From Vulcanimicrobiota bacterium (GTDB taxonomy: Bacteria; Vulcanimicrobiota; Vulcanimicrobiia; Vulcanimicrobiales; Vulcanimicrobiaceae), in assembly GCA_963695225.1 (NCBI GenBank), contig OY968762.1, positions 1,440,001 through 1,504,000 of the forward strand: DNA of 64,000 nucleotides, given 5' to 3'. This document shows positions 1 to 10,663 of this stretch, in pieces. Every line of letters begins with the position of its first letter. Positions within the stretch are counted from its first letter, which is position 1. The notes under the pieces are model-generated. The model did not search any database and was not told where the DNA came from. It was given only the letters and a program-made list of their open reading frames with translations. Position numbers and translations under genes: made by a program.

Positions 1-635
1 GCCGCCGCGGGCGCCGCTTCCGCGAGCGGGAGGGAGAGCGGGACCGGCATCTCGGTTTCGAGCTCGACCGCGGGCAAATCGCCGAGCGAACGGAGGCCGA
101 ACGATTCCAAGAACTCGGACGTCGTCTTGTAGGTCATCGGGCGGCCCGGCGTGTCCCGCCTCCCCGCTTCGGCGATGAAGCGCCGGTCGAGCAACGTGGA
201 AACGACGCTGTCGACGTTCACGCCGCGCACGCCCTCCAGCTCGCCTTTCGTGACCGGCTGCATGTAGGCGACGATCGCGAGCGTCTCCATCGCGGCGGGG
301 GAGAGGTTCGTCTTCGGTGGGAGCAGATACGCCTCTACGACGTCCCGGGCGGCGGGCGAGCTCGCGAAGCGGTAGCCTCCGGCGATCTCGCGGACCACGA
401 TCCCGCGCTCGGCGAAATCCCGTTCGATCCGGGCGAGCGTCGCGGCGACTTCGACGGGCGTCGCGTGCGTCAACTTCGCGAGCCGTTCGATCGAGAGGGA
501 CTCGCTCGCGACGAACAGCAGCGCTTCGAGCGAACGCTGGAGGGAGCCCGTCTCGAGCAATTCCGTTTGCGTCACGCCTTCGTCTGTGCGTGCGGCGGAT
601 TCTTCGGGGGCGAGCAGGTCAGCGAGTTCCGACAT
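1..635 (-). CDS. scpB: SMC-Scp complex subunit ScpB (3' end runs off the window)
   Basis: Hand translation from ATG at 635: MSELADLL...SLEALLF...LSPAAMETLAIVAYMQPVTK.ELEGVRGVN...GRRDTPGRPMTYKTT. Directly follows scpA; absent from the ORF track because it is truncated. Confidence 0.92.
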   Translation of the reverse strand, partial: MSELADLLAPEESAARTDEGVTQTELLETGSLQRSLEALLFVASESLSIERLAKLTHATPVEVAATLARIERDFAERGIVVREIAGGYRFASSPAARDVVEAYLLPPKTNLSPAAMETLAIVAYMQPVTKGELEGVRGVNVDSVVSTLLDRRFIAEAGRRDTPGRPMTYKTTSEFLESFGLRSLGDLPAVELETEMPVPLSLPLAEAAPAA

Positions 636-1368
636 CGGCCGTTTCCGCGGAGAAGAGCATGAGGGAGGCGAGCGGTCCCGCCTGTTCGAACGCGAGGCGG
701 CGCTGTCGAATCAACTCCAAGATTGCGAGGAACGTCACGATGATGCCGCCGCGATCGTAATCCGCGCAGAGTTCGAGGAAATCGATTCGGCCGCGCTCGC
801 GCACGACGCGTGCCACGAACGCCATCTGATGGGCGATCGAGAGGCGCTCCCGCGCGATTCGGCGCTTCTCCGGCTTGACGGCGCGCAACGCCGCGAGGAG
901 CGCCCCCGAGAGGCGCACGACGTCGATGCGATAGCGCTGCACGACGTCCGTCCCCGGATCGCCCGCGTCCCGGTAGAAGAATGACGAGGCCTCGAGCGAC
1001 CGCGCGCGCAGTTCCTCGGCGACGCCCTTGTACCGCGAATACGCGATCAGGCGCCGGCGCAGGCGCTCTTCGACCTCCTCGGCGCTCTCCTCGCCTTCAG
1101 GCAAGAGGTCGGCGGGGATCGGCGGCAGCAGCGACTTCGATTTCAGGAAGACGAGCGTCGCCGCGATGACGAGGTACTCGGCCGCGAGCTCGACGTCGAG
1201 CCCGTCCATCAGCTCGATGTAGTCGAAATATTGCTGGGCGACGGTAGCCAGCGGGACCGTCGCGATGTCGAGCCGGCGCTCGCGGACCAAGCTCAACAGG
1301 AGGTCGAGCGGACCGTCGAAGACGTCGAGCGAGACGCGGAGCGTCCGGACGTCGCCTTCGCTGATCAA
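619..1368 (-). CDS. scpA: Segregation and condensation protein ScpA
   Basis: FDGPLDLLL.LV, AAEYLVIAATLVFLKSKSLLP and IVTFLAILEL motifs. TTG start at 1368 overlaps the NUDIX stop (TTGA). Confidence 0.92.
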   Translation of the reverse strand: MISEGDVRTLRVSLDVFDGPLDLLLSLVRERRLDIATVPLATVAQQYFDYIELMDGLDVELAAEYLVIAATLVFLKSKSLLPPIPADLLPEGEESAEEVEERLRRRLIAYSRYKGVAEELRARSLEASSFFYRDAGDPGTDVVQRYRIDVVRLSGALLAALRAVKPEKRRIARERLSIAHQMAFVARVVRERGRIDFLELCADYDRGGIIVTFLAILELIRQRRLAFEQAGPLASLMLFSAETADVGTR

Positions 1369-1868
1369 CGGCTTTGGCTTTCCCTCGCTACCGGCTTGGG
1401 CAGGACGATCGGACCCGCGGCCTCCCCCTCGGCGAACGGATCGCTGTCGAGCGCGGCGAGCGCTTCGAGCCCGAGATCGACCAGCCGTTTCTCGTTCACG
1501 TACTTCAGGGCTCGCTTGGCGGCCTTGATCTCGAACCAGGCGGCTTCGTCGACCTCGTGGTCGTGATTCGCCGTATCCCCCGAGAGGTAGCGCATGAGGA
1601 AGAAGTGGACGGACTTCTTGTGCTTGCGGCCGTTCAGGTAGAACCAATACGAGATGTCGGAGAGCTTCGTGATGATCTCGGCCCAGCAGCCGGTCTCCTC
1701 GCGGACCTCCCGCAGAGCGGCCTGCTCGTGCGTCTCGCGCACTTCGACGTGCCCCTTCGGCAGGGACCACACTCGCGGGTGGCCACGACCGATCAAAAGG
1801 GCGTCAAAAGACGCGCCGTTCCGCCGGAGAACCAGCCCTCCGGCCGAGACCTCATACTTGATCCGCAT
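1365..1868 (-). CDS. NUDIX hydrolase (Ap4A-hydrolase-like)
   Basis: SAGG and WSLPKGHVE.RETHEQAALREVREETG Nudix box; start placed at MRIKYEV. Confidence 0.9.
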   Translation of the reverse strand: MRIKYEVSAGGLVLRRNGASFDALLIGRGHPRVWSLPKGHVEVRETHEQAALREVREETGCWAEIITKLSDISYWFYLNGRKHKKSVHFFLMRYLSGDTANHDHEVDEAAWFEIKAAKRALKYVNEKRLVDLGLEALAALDSDPFAEGEAAGPIVLPKPVARESQSR

Positions 1869-1917
1869 CGTACGCTTCCCGAAAAGAGTGGGTGCCCGAT
1901 CGACACCCCTTTGCTCT

Positions 1918-1926
1918 ATTCTAGCA
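1918..1926 (-). promoter_or_regulatory. Putative extended -10 promoter for NUDIX-scpA-scpB
   Basis: TGcTAGAAT on the minus strand about 50 nt upstream of the NUDIX start. Confidence 0.45.
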
Positions 1927-2021
1927 AGAGCCCCCAAGAAGCCAACCCCCGCGCCCGTCTAGGGCGCAGGCATGGTGGCGAGCCGCCCTGAGCTCGTCGA
2001 GTTCGAGCCATGAGAGCACTG

Positions 2022-2182
2022 AGGGAGCGGGCGGGGAGGGGCGACGGTCCCCCGTGGGGAGTCCAGCTTGCCCGCGGAGCCAGGATGGCGGGAGCGGGCA
2101 AGTGGACTAGTAGCGATTTCGCATGGATGCGAAATCGCGGGCGTCCCCACGGGGGACCGTCGCCCCTCCCCGCCCGCGGGCC
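2022..2182 (+). repeat. Nested-hairpin intergenic repeat, copy 1
   Basis: Perfect 34-bp inverted repeat (2027-2060/2144-2177) enclosing two hairpins; core shared with 17563-17726 and 47998-48158. Confidence 0.9.
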
Positions 2183-2271
2183 CGGCGATCGGCTAAACAA
2201 ACTACATGGACGCGCATGAACATGGCCCGGCCCGCCGCGATGTCACGCGAAGGCGGGTATTCGCCGGGGCC

Positions 2272-5124
<2,853 letters not shown>

Positions 5125-5172
5125 GGTACCTCCAAGAACAAAACCCGAGCGCCGGTCGCGCTCGCGGATCCA

Positions 5173-5352
5173 CCCCTCTGTCCTTGGTACCTGAGAGTTT
5201 CGCGGGAACCGGTCCCGCCTGCCCCTTCGGTGGCCGAGCTAGGCTCGACGCTCTCCAGAGTCGGCCGTGCGTGATTCTTTTTGCCTGAGCGATTTCGGGT
5301 GATTGCGCCTTCGGCGGTACCTTCGGGTACGCTCTCTCGTCGCACGGCGTCC
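5173..5352 (-). ncRNA. Tandem glycine riboswitch
   Basis: Minus strand shows two aptamers, GAGAGAG..CCGAAGGCGCAA..CTCAGGCAAAAAGA and CTCTGGAGAG..CCGAAGGGGCA..AAACTCTCAGGTACCAAGGACAGAG, immediately upstream of gcvP. Confidence 0.92.
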
Positions 5353-5353
5353 G

Positions 5354-5395
5354 TAACGAACAGAGGCGCCCGTTCGCTCTCGCGAAACGGGCGCC
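5354..5395 (-). terminator. Probable intrinsic terminator between the secreted propeller gene and the riboswitch
   Basis: GGCGCCCGTT/AACGGGCGCC stem followed on the minus strand by TCTGTTCGTT. Confidence 0.5.
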
Positions 5396-5422
5396 CTGTA
5401 CCGGTCGGTCGGGATGCCGCCT

Positions 5423-7264
5423 CTAGAAGGCGGTGACCTTCAGGATGTTTCCGCTCGCATCGGTCACCCAGACGTTACCGTCCGGACCGGTGGCGAGATC
5501 GACGGGTTGCGCGCCGGTCGGGAGCGTCAACTCCGTATAGCCGGCCGAAACCACGGGGGTCGTGAAGAGCGGAGCGGTCGCCGGCGTCAGGCCGGCGTTT
5601 GCCGGATCGATGACGCCGAGCTTGTTCGTGCCGCTCTCGGTGAACCACAGGCGGCCGTCGGCCGCGACGATGATGTTCTTCGGCTCCGTACCGCTCGGCA
5701 GCTGGTAGAACGTCAGGCCGCTTCCGTCTGTGCCGATCTTCGCGATCTGGTTGGAGGACTGGCGGCACCACCACAGCGAGGTGTCGCTGCTCCGGTAGGT
5801 GATACCCTTGTTCGCATCGGCGAACGTGGCAGGCGTCGGGCTGCTGTTCATGGTGATGATGGTGACGGCACCGGCGACCGTCTGCGTCGCGGCCGAGAGA
5901 TCCCAGTAGCCGATCGCGTCGTTGTAGTCCTCGGTGAACCAGAGCTTCGTGCCCTGCGCCACGATCCCGTAGGGGTGCGCGTTCGGATCCAGCGCGTACT
6001 CGCTGACCACGCCGGCCGGCGTGATCTTGCCGAGCCCGCTGGCGGAGAGGGCCGGCGGCACGGCGCCGGTGACGTATCCGCGCTCGGCGAACCAGACGTT
6101 GCCGTCGCTGCCTTGCGCCAGTTTGATCGGCACCGCGTTCGTGGTCGTCACCGCGTACGGCGTGAGGGCCGACGTCGTGTGATCGACTTTCAGGATGCGG
6201 GCCGGCGTCGGCTGGTTTGCGTCACCCACCGTTCCCCAGTCGCTGAACCAGTAGTTGCCGTCGGAACCGATGACGCCGTAGAGCGGCGCGGCGGTGCCGC
6301 CCGCGCTGACCGGAGTGAGGGTGCCGCCCACCGTGATCGAGTCGACGCTGTTGTCGCCGGCCCGGCCGCCGAACCACAACTTGGTTCCGTCCGAGAAGAT
6401 TCCGCCCGGGTTGCTCCCGGTCGCCGCATAGGACGTGACGGCCGGATTGATCGCGACCGTCGCGGCGGTTGCGGTCACGTTCGGCGTGCTCGGCGTGACG
6501 GTCGGCGTCAGCGTCGCGCTGTAGATGTTCCCGGTGTCGATGGCGGCGTGGAGGCTATAGACGGCGCTCTGACTCGGGCCCGGAACGTCCGGACCGGTCG
6601 CCGTTCCCGTAACCGTCACGTGCCCCGGAGCCGTCGACGGCGCGTCGTTCGCCACAGTGGCGCCGATCGTGAGCTTGGTCCCGGCCTTGTCGATGAAGAC
6701 GCCCGGACCGATGATCGTGTTGCCCGCCGCGTCCTTCGCGACGATCGGAAGCGCCGTGCCGGATGCCGCGGTACCGGCCGTGAACGAGACGGCGCCGAAC
6801 GTGACCGTCGCAACGACCGGGTTGAACGTCACGTTGACCGTGTTCGCTTGCCCGGCGACGATCGTTTGCGTCGTAACGCCCTTCGAGAGTAAGTTCGGGG
6901 TCGAGGCGTTGTCGAACAGCGAGACGGTGAACGTGTCGGAGCCGACGGGGGCGCTGATCGTCCCGCTGCAGGCGGTCGCGGTGCAGGCCGCGGTGACGCT
7001 CCCCGACCCGTCGCCGACGGGCGAGACCGAGACGTTCGCGGTGTGCGTGGAAGCCGAAACGTAATTCGGGATGCGCGCGGCGCTCGCACTCGTCGCCGAC
7101 GGGATGACGATGTTGAAACTCACCGTCACCGAACGCGCGGCGTTGCTGGGCGTAGCGGGGAGCGAGCCGCCGCCGGAGTGTCCTCCGCAAGCGGCGAGGA
7201 GCGCCGCGGTCAAACCTGCCGCAGCGAAACGGAGACCGTTGGAAAGCGTTGAACGCGCGTTCAT
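5423..7264 (-). CDS. Lipoprotein with Ig-like N-terminal part and C-terminal Vgb/NHL-like beta-propeller
   Basis: GGAGG RBS, lipobox LAAC-GG, repeated G.DGN.WF(T/A)E propeller blades. Confidence 0.8.
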   Translation of the reverse strand: MNARSTLSNGLRFAAAGLTAALLAACGGHSGGGSLPATPSNAARSVTVSFNIVIPSATSASAARIPNYVSASTHTANVSVSPVGDGSGSVTAACTATACSGTISAPVGSDTFTVSLFDNASTPNLLSKGVTTQTIVAGQANTVNVTFNPVVATVTFGAVSFTAGTAASGTALPIVAKDAAGNTIIGPGVFIDKAGTKLTIGATVANDAPSTAPGHVTVTGTATGPDVPGPSQSAVYSLHAAIDTGNIYSATLTPTVTPSTPNVTATAATVAINPAVTSYAATGSNPGGIFSDGTKLWFGGRAGDNSVDSITVGGTLTPVSAGGTAAPLYGVIGSDGNYWFSDWGTVGDANQPTPARILKVDHTTSALTPYAVTTTNAVPIKLAQGSDGNVWFAERGYVTGAVPPALSASGLGKITPAGVVSEYALDPNAHPYGIVAQGTKLWFTEDYNDAIGYWDLSAATQTVAGAVTIITMNSSPTPATFADANKGITYRSSDTSLWWCRQSSNQIAKIGTDGSGLTFYQLPSGTEPKNIIVAADGRLWFTESGTNKLGVIDPANAGLTPATAPLFTTPVVSAGYTELTLPTGAQPVDLATGPDGNVWVTDASGNILKVTAF

Positions 7265-7266
7265 TT

Positions 7267-7722
7267 TCAGCGACCTCCGATCGAGCGGTTTGCGCTCTGG
7301 CCGGTCATGGCGGTGGTCGTCACCGTGACCGAGAGCGTTTTGTTTTGCAACCCGACGGCGGAAACCGTCTCGTTGCATTGGCCCGCAGCGACCGGCGTCA
7401 CCGTGATGGTTCCGCCGCTGACGTTGAGCGTTGCGATTCCGGCACACGACGGCGTGCCGGCCGAGAGCGTAAACGCTCCGGTGTAGCCGCTGGCGGACGC
7501 GGTCGCCGTCTTATTGGCCGGCGTCGTCAAGTTATCGAACGAGAGCGACGCAGGTGCTAGGTTGAGTCCGGGCCCTGCGGTCGGCGTGGCGGTCGGGGCC
7601 GGGGTCGGCGTGGCGGCCGGCGTCGGAGTCGGCGCGGGCGGAGTCGTCGACCCTCCTCCTCCGCCGCAACCCGCGGCGACTGCTGCTGCGAGCACCGCCG
7701 GGAAAAGATACTGTAACTTCAT
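7267..7722 (-). CDS. Small lipoprotein with PT-rich linker and two-Cys beta-rich domain
   Basis: MKLQYLFPAVLAAAVAAG-CGGGG signal/lipobox; upstream GAGGGAG RBS. Confidence 0.75.
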   Translation of the reverse strand: MKLQYLFPAVLAAAVAAGCGGGGGSTTPPAPTPTPAATPTPAPTATPTAGPGLNLAPASLSFDNLTTPANKTATASASGYTGAFTLSAGTPSCAGIATLNVSGGTITVTPVAAGQCNETVSAVGLQNKTLSVTVTTTAMTGQSANRSIGGR

Positions 7723-7849
7723 GCTCCCTCGCGAACAACGCATAGCTGCGCGGCGGAATGTACCGCCGTCATCGTTGTCGCTCTCAAGGATACGCCAGCA
7801 AGCGGGCGGCCCTCTGAGTCCTACGGGGCTGCAATTCGGGCCTTCCGGC

Positions 7850-8230
7850 CTAGTCCGGAACGATGTTTCCGTATTCGGCGGCGGAGAGCAAATTCGCGCG
7901 CTCCCAAGCGTCTCCGAGCCGGAGCTTGAGCATCCAGCCTGCGCCGAACGGCTCGCGATTGACGGCCGCGGGGTCGGCTTCGAGGGCGGCATTGACTTCC
8001 AACACTTCGCCGCCCACGGGCGTGTAGAGATCCGAAACGGCCTTCACCGACTCGACCACGCCGATGTTCGCGAACTGGGCGACCTCGGTGCCGACGCGCG
8101 GCAGCTCCACGTAGACGATGTCGCCGAGCGAGCTCTGCGCGTAATCGGTGATGCCGACCGTGGCGATATCCCCTTCGATCTTCACCCACTCGTGATCTTT
8201 GCTGTAGAGCACATCGTCCGGTCGCGACAT
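7850..8230 (-). CDS. gcvH: Glycine cleavage H protein
   Basis: YSKDHEW, GITDYAQ..LGD, lipoyl site ESVKAVS. Confidence 0.97.
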   Translation of the reverse strand: MSRPDDVLYSKDHEWVKIEGDIATVGITDYAQSSLGDIVYVELPRVGTEVAQFANIGVVESVKAVSDLYTPVGGEVLEVNAALEADPAAVNREPFGAGWMLKLRLGDAWERANLLSAAEYGNIVPD

Positions 8231-8244
8231 TCGATCCTCGTCGT

Positions 8245-9342
8245 TCAGGCGCGCTTGTAGAAGGGCAACGGCACAACCCGCGCCTCATGGAGTCGGCCGC
8301 GGATCTCCACGCAGAGTTCCGTCCCGGCTGTTGCGGCGTCCTTCGAAACGAGCGCCGTCGCGATCTGCCGGTTCTCTACGGAAGGCGCGAGCGAGGCGCT
8401 GCGCACTTCTCCGACGGGGCGCTCCCCGAGGAACACGCGGTAGCCCGCCCGAGCCGGCGCACGCCCAGCCAGCACGAGGCCCACGATCCGGTCGTGGCTG
8501 TCCTCCGCAAGCTGCGCTGCGAGCGCCTCCTTCCCGACGAACGCGGGCTTGTTCAGTTTCAAGGCCCAGCTCTGCCCGGCGGCGACCGGCGTGATCTCTT
8601 CGCTCATCTCGTGCCCGTAAAGCGGCATCCCGGCTTCCAGCCGCAGGATGTCGCGCGCGCCGAGCCCCGCAGGTTCGAGCCCCGCCGGAGCACCCCGCTC
8701 GAGGAGGGCGCGCCAGAGCTGCGGCGCCGCGGTTCCGTCCGCGAACAATTCGAAGCCGTCTTCCCCGGTGTAGCCGGTCCGCGCGATCACGGCGGGGATA
8801 CCGGCAACGCGGCCCTCCACGCAGTAGTAGTACTTCATCGAAGCCACATCGACGTCGCAGAGCGACGCCACGATCTCGACGGCACGTGGGCCCTGGACGG
8901 CCACGAGCGCGCGAACGCCGTGGCCGTTTTCCAGGCGTACGCCGTCCCGGTCGAGCCGCTCGTTCAGGTAGGCCCACATCTTTCCCGCGTTCGACGCGTT
9001 GACGACGAGCAGCCAGCGTCCCGGGAGCCGGTAGAACAGCACGTCGTCGAGCGCGCCGCCGCGCTCGTTGCAAAAGACGTTGTAGCGCGCCTGGAACGGT
9101 TTCATCGTCCCGACGGCGTTGATCGTGAGCGCGTCGGCCCACTCGGCGACGCCTTCGCCGCGGACTTCGAATTGCGCCATGTGCGAGAGGTCGAAGAGCC
9201 CCGCCCGTTTGCGGACGGCCTCGTGCTCCCGCAGGACGCTCGCGTACTGCACGGGCATCTCGAAGCCGCCGAACGGCACGAGCCGCGCGCCCAGGGCCAC
9301 GTGCTCGGCGTAGAGCGGCGTGCGGCGGAGGGGTTCGCTCAC
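8245..9342 (-). CDS. gcvT: Glycine cleavage aminomethyltransferase T
   Basis: RTPLY..H, GLFDLSHM, RTGYTGEDGFE, GLGARDILRLEAG. Confidence 0.97.
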   Translation of the reverse strand: MSEPLRRTPLYAEHVALGARLVPFGGFEMPVQYASVLREHEAVRKRAGLFDLSHMAQFEVRGEGVAEWADALTINAVGTMKPFQARYNVFCNERGGALDDVLFYRLPGRWLLVVNASNAGKMWAYLNERLDRDGVRLENGHGVRALVAVQGPRAVEIVASLCDVDVASMKYYYCVEGRVAGIPAVIARTGYTGEDGFELFADGTAAPQLWRALLERGAPAGLEPAGLGARDILRLEAGMPLYGHEMSEEITPVAAGQSWALKLNKPAFVGKEALAAQLAEDSHDRIVGLVLAGRAPARAGYRVFLGERPVGEVRSASLAPSVENRQIATALVSKDAATAGTELCVEIRGRLHEARVVPLPFYKRA

Positions 9343-9773
9343 TTGCGGTCGCGGTTCGTGTTCAGGAAGCTGAGCGTCGCGTGCGCGACGAGCTTATCGC
9401 CGCTGCGCACGTGGACCTCGCCGTAGACGATCCGCCTGCCGGGCTTGAGCACGACGGCGTCCGCGATCAAATCGTGCGGCGGGAGCGCGGGCGCGAGGAA
9501 GCTGCACGACAGCGAGGCGGTCGCCGTCTCCTGATTCCGTCCGTAGATCGAAGCGAGCGCGATGTAGAAGCAAGTATCGCACAGGCTTACGATCGCGCCG
9601 CCGTGGATCGCGCCCATCGCGTTCGTCACTTCCCTCCGAAACGGCATGCGCATCCGGGCCGTCCCGCGCCCGACGTGTTCCAGGCGCAGATCGAGGATCT
9701 CGACGAAGTGCGCGCGTTCCTTATCCCACGTGCGCTTAGCCAGCTCGATGTCGATGTCGGACGGCGTGCTCAA
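9339..9773 (-). CDS. PaaI-family hotdog thioesterase
   Basis: N.MGAIHGG.I.SLCD motif; TTG start overlaps the speE stop. Confidence 0.85.
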   Translation of the reverse strand: MSTPSDIDIELAKRTWDKERAHFVEILDLRLEHVGRGTARMRMPFRREVTNAMGAIHGGAIVSLCDTCFYIALASIYGRNQETATASLSCSFLAPALPPHDLIADAVVLKPGRRIVYGEVHVRSGDKLVAHATLSFLNTNRDRK

Positions 9774-10657
9774 AACGTCTCTCCTTCCTTTGCCAGCTCG
9801 CGCCGCAGGTACAGCGGGAGGCTGAAGATGCGTTTGTGCGTTTCGGCATCGTAGAAGTAGTTCTCGCCGCGCAGCCCCGCGACGTATCCCGCGATCCGCT
9901 CCGGCACGAGCGCGGCCACGTCGACCGCATCGCTGCAGGCGAGGAAGGCCCAGTCGTTGTCGAACGCAGGGACGTGCGCGTAGAACGAGCGGACGAACCG
10001 GTAGTAGCGCCGCAGCGTCCGTGCCATCTTCGCGTGCAGGCGCATATTGTGGAAGCCGGCGGTGCTCGCTTGCAGCACGTAGACGCCGCCGGGGGCGAGG
10101 CAACGTTTGATATCCTCGAAGACCGCGTCGCAGAACAGCGGGTTCGAAGGCGAGTCCTCGAGCGGCTCCGTCAGATCGGAAATGACGGCCCCATAACGCT
10201 GCGTCTCCTTTGCGAGGAAGGCGCGCGCGTCGCCGATGACGACGCGCGCGCGCGGATCGTCGAACGCTCCGTCGGACCACTCCGGCAAGAACTTCCGCGA
10301 GAGTTCGACGACGCCTCCGTCGATATCGACCATCGTGCAGCGCTCGACGTCGGCCCGGCGCAGCACCTCGCGCAGCGTCGCCCCCTCCCCGCCGCCGAGG
10401 ATCAGGACCTCGCGCCGGTCATCGACGGCCGCGAGCGCCGGATGGACGAGGCTCTCGTGATAGATGCGCTCGTCCGCTTGCGAACTCTGCGTATCGCCGT
10501 CGAGGACGAGCATCTTCCCGAACGCGGCCGTGCGCAGGACGGCGACCTGTTGGAAGGGCGTCCGCCCCGCGTAGTACGTCTCCTCGATCGCGTGATGGTG
10601 CTGCTCGCCGTCGGCGAACTCTTCGACGTACCATTGCCAGCGTTCGGTCTTCGGCAT
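9770..10657 (-). CDS. speE: Polyamine aminopropyltransferase (spermidine synthase family)
   Basis: LVLDG..QS...DE.IYHE.LVH, VLILGGGEGATLRE, VDID, ISDLTEP. Confidence 0.93.
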   Translation of the reverse strand: MPKTERWQWYVEEFADGEQHHHAIEETYYAGRTPFQQVAVLRTAAFGKMLVLDGDTQSSQADERIYHESLVHPALAAVDDRREVLILGGGEGATLREVLRRADVERCTMVDIDGGVVELSRKFLPEWSDGAFDDPRARVVIGDARAFLAKETQRYGAVISDLTEPLEDSPSNPLFCDAVFEDIKRCLAPGGVYVLQASTAGFHNMRLHAKMARTLRRYYRFVRSFYAHVPAFDNDWAFLACSDAVDVAALVPERIAGYVAGLRGENYFYDAETHKRIFSLPLYLRRELAKEGETF

Positions 10658-10663
10658 CGCCGG

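Noticed and set aside
1916..2219. Short ORFs across the repeat sharing peptides such as PAISHPCEIAT or RFRIHAKSLLVH with ORFs near 17.6 kb and 48 kb
   Set aside because: The shared peptides simply reflect the DNA repeat; starts, stops and frames are not conserved between copies.
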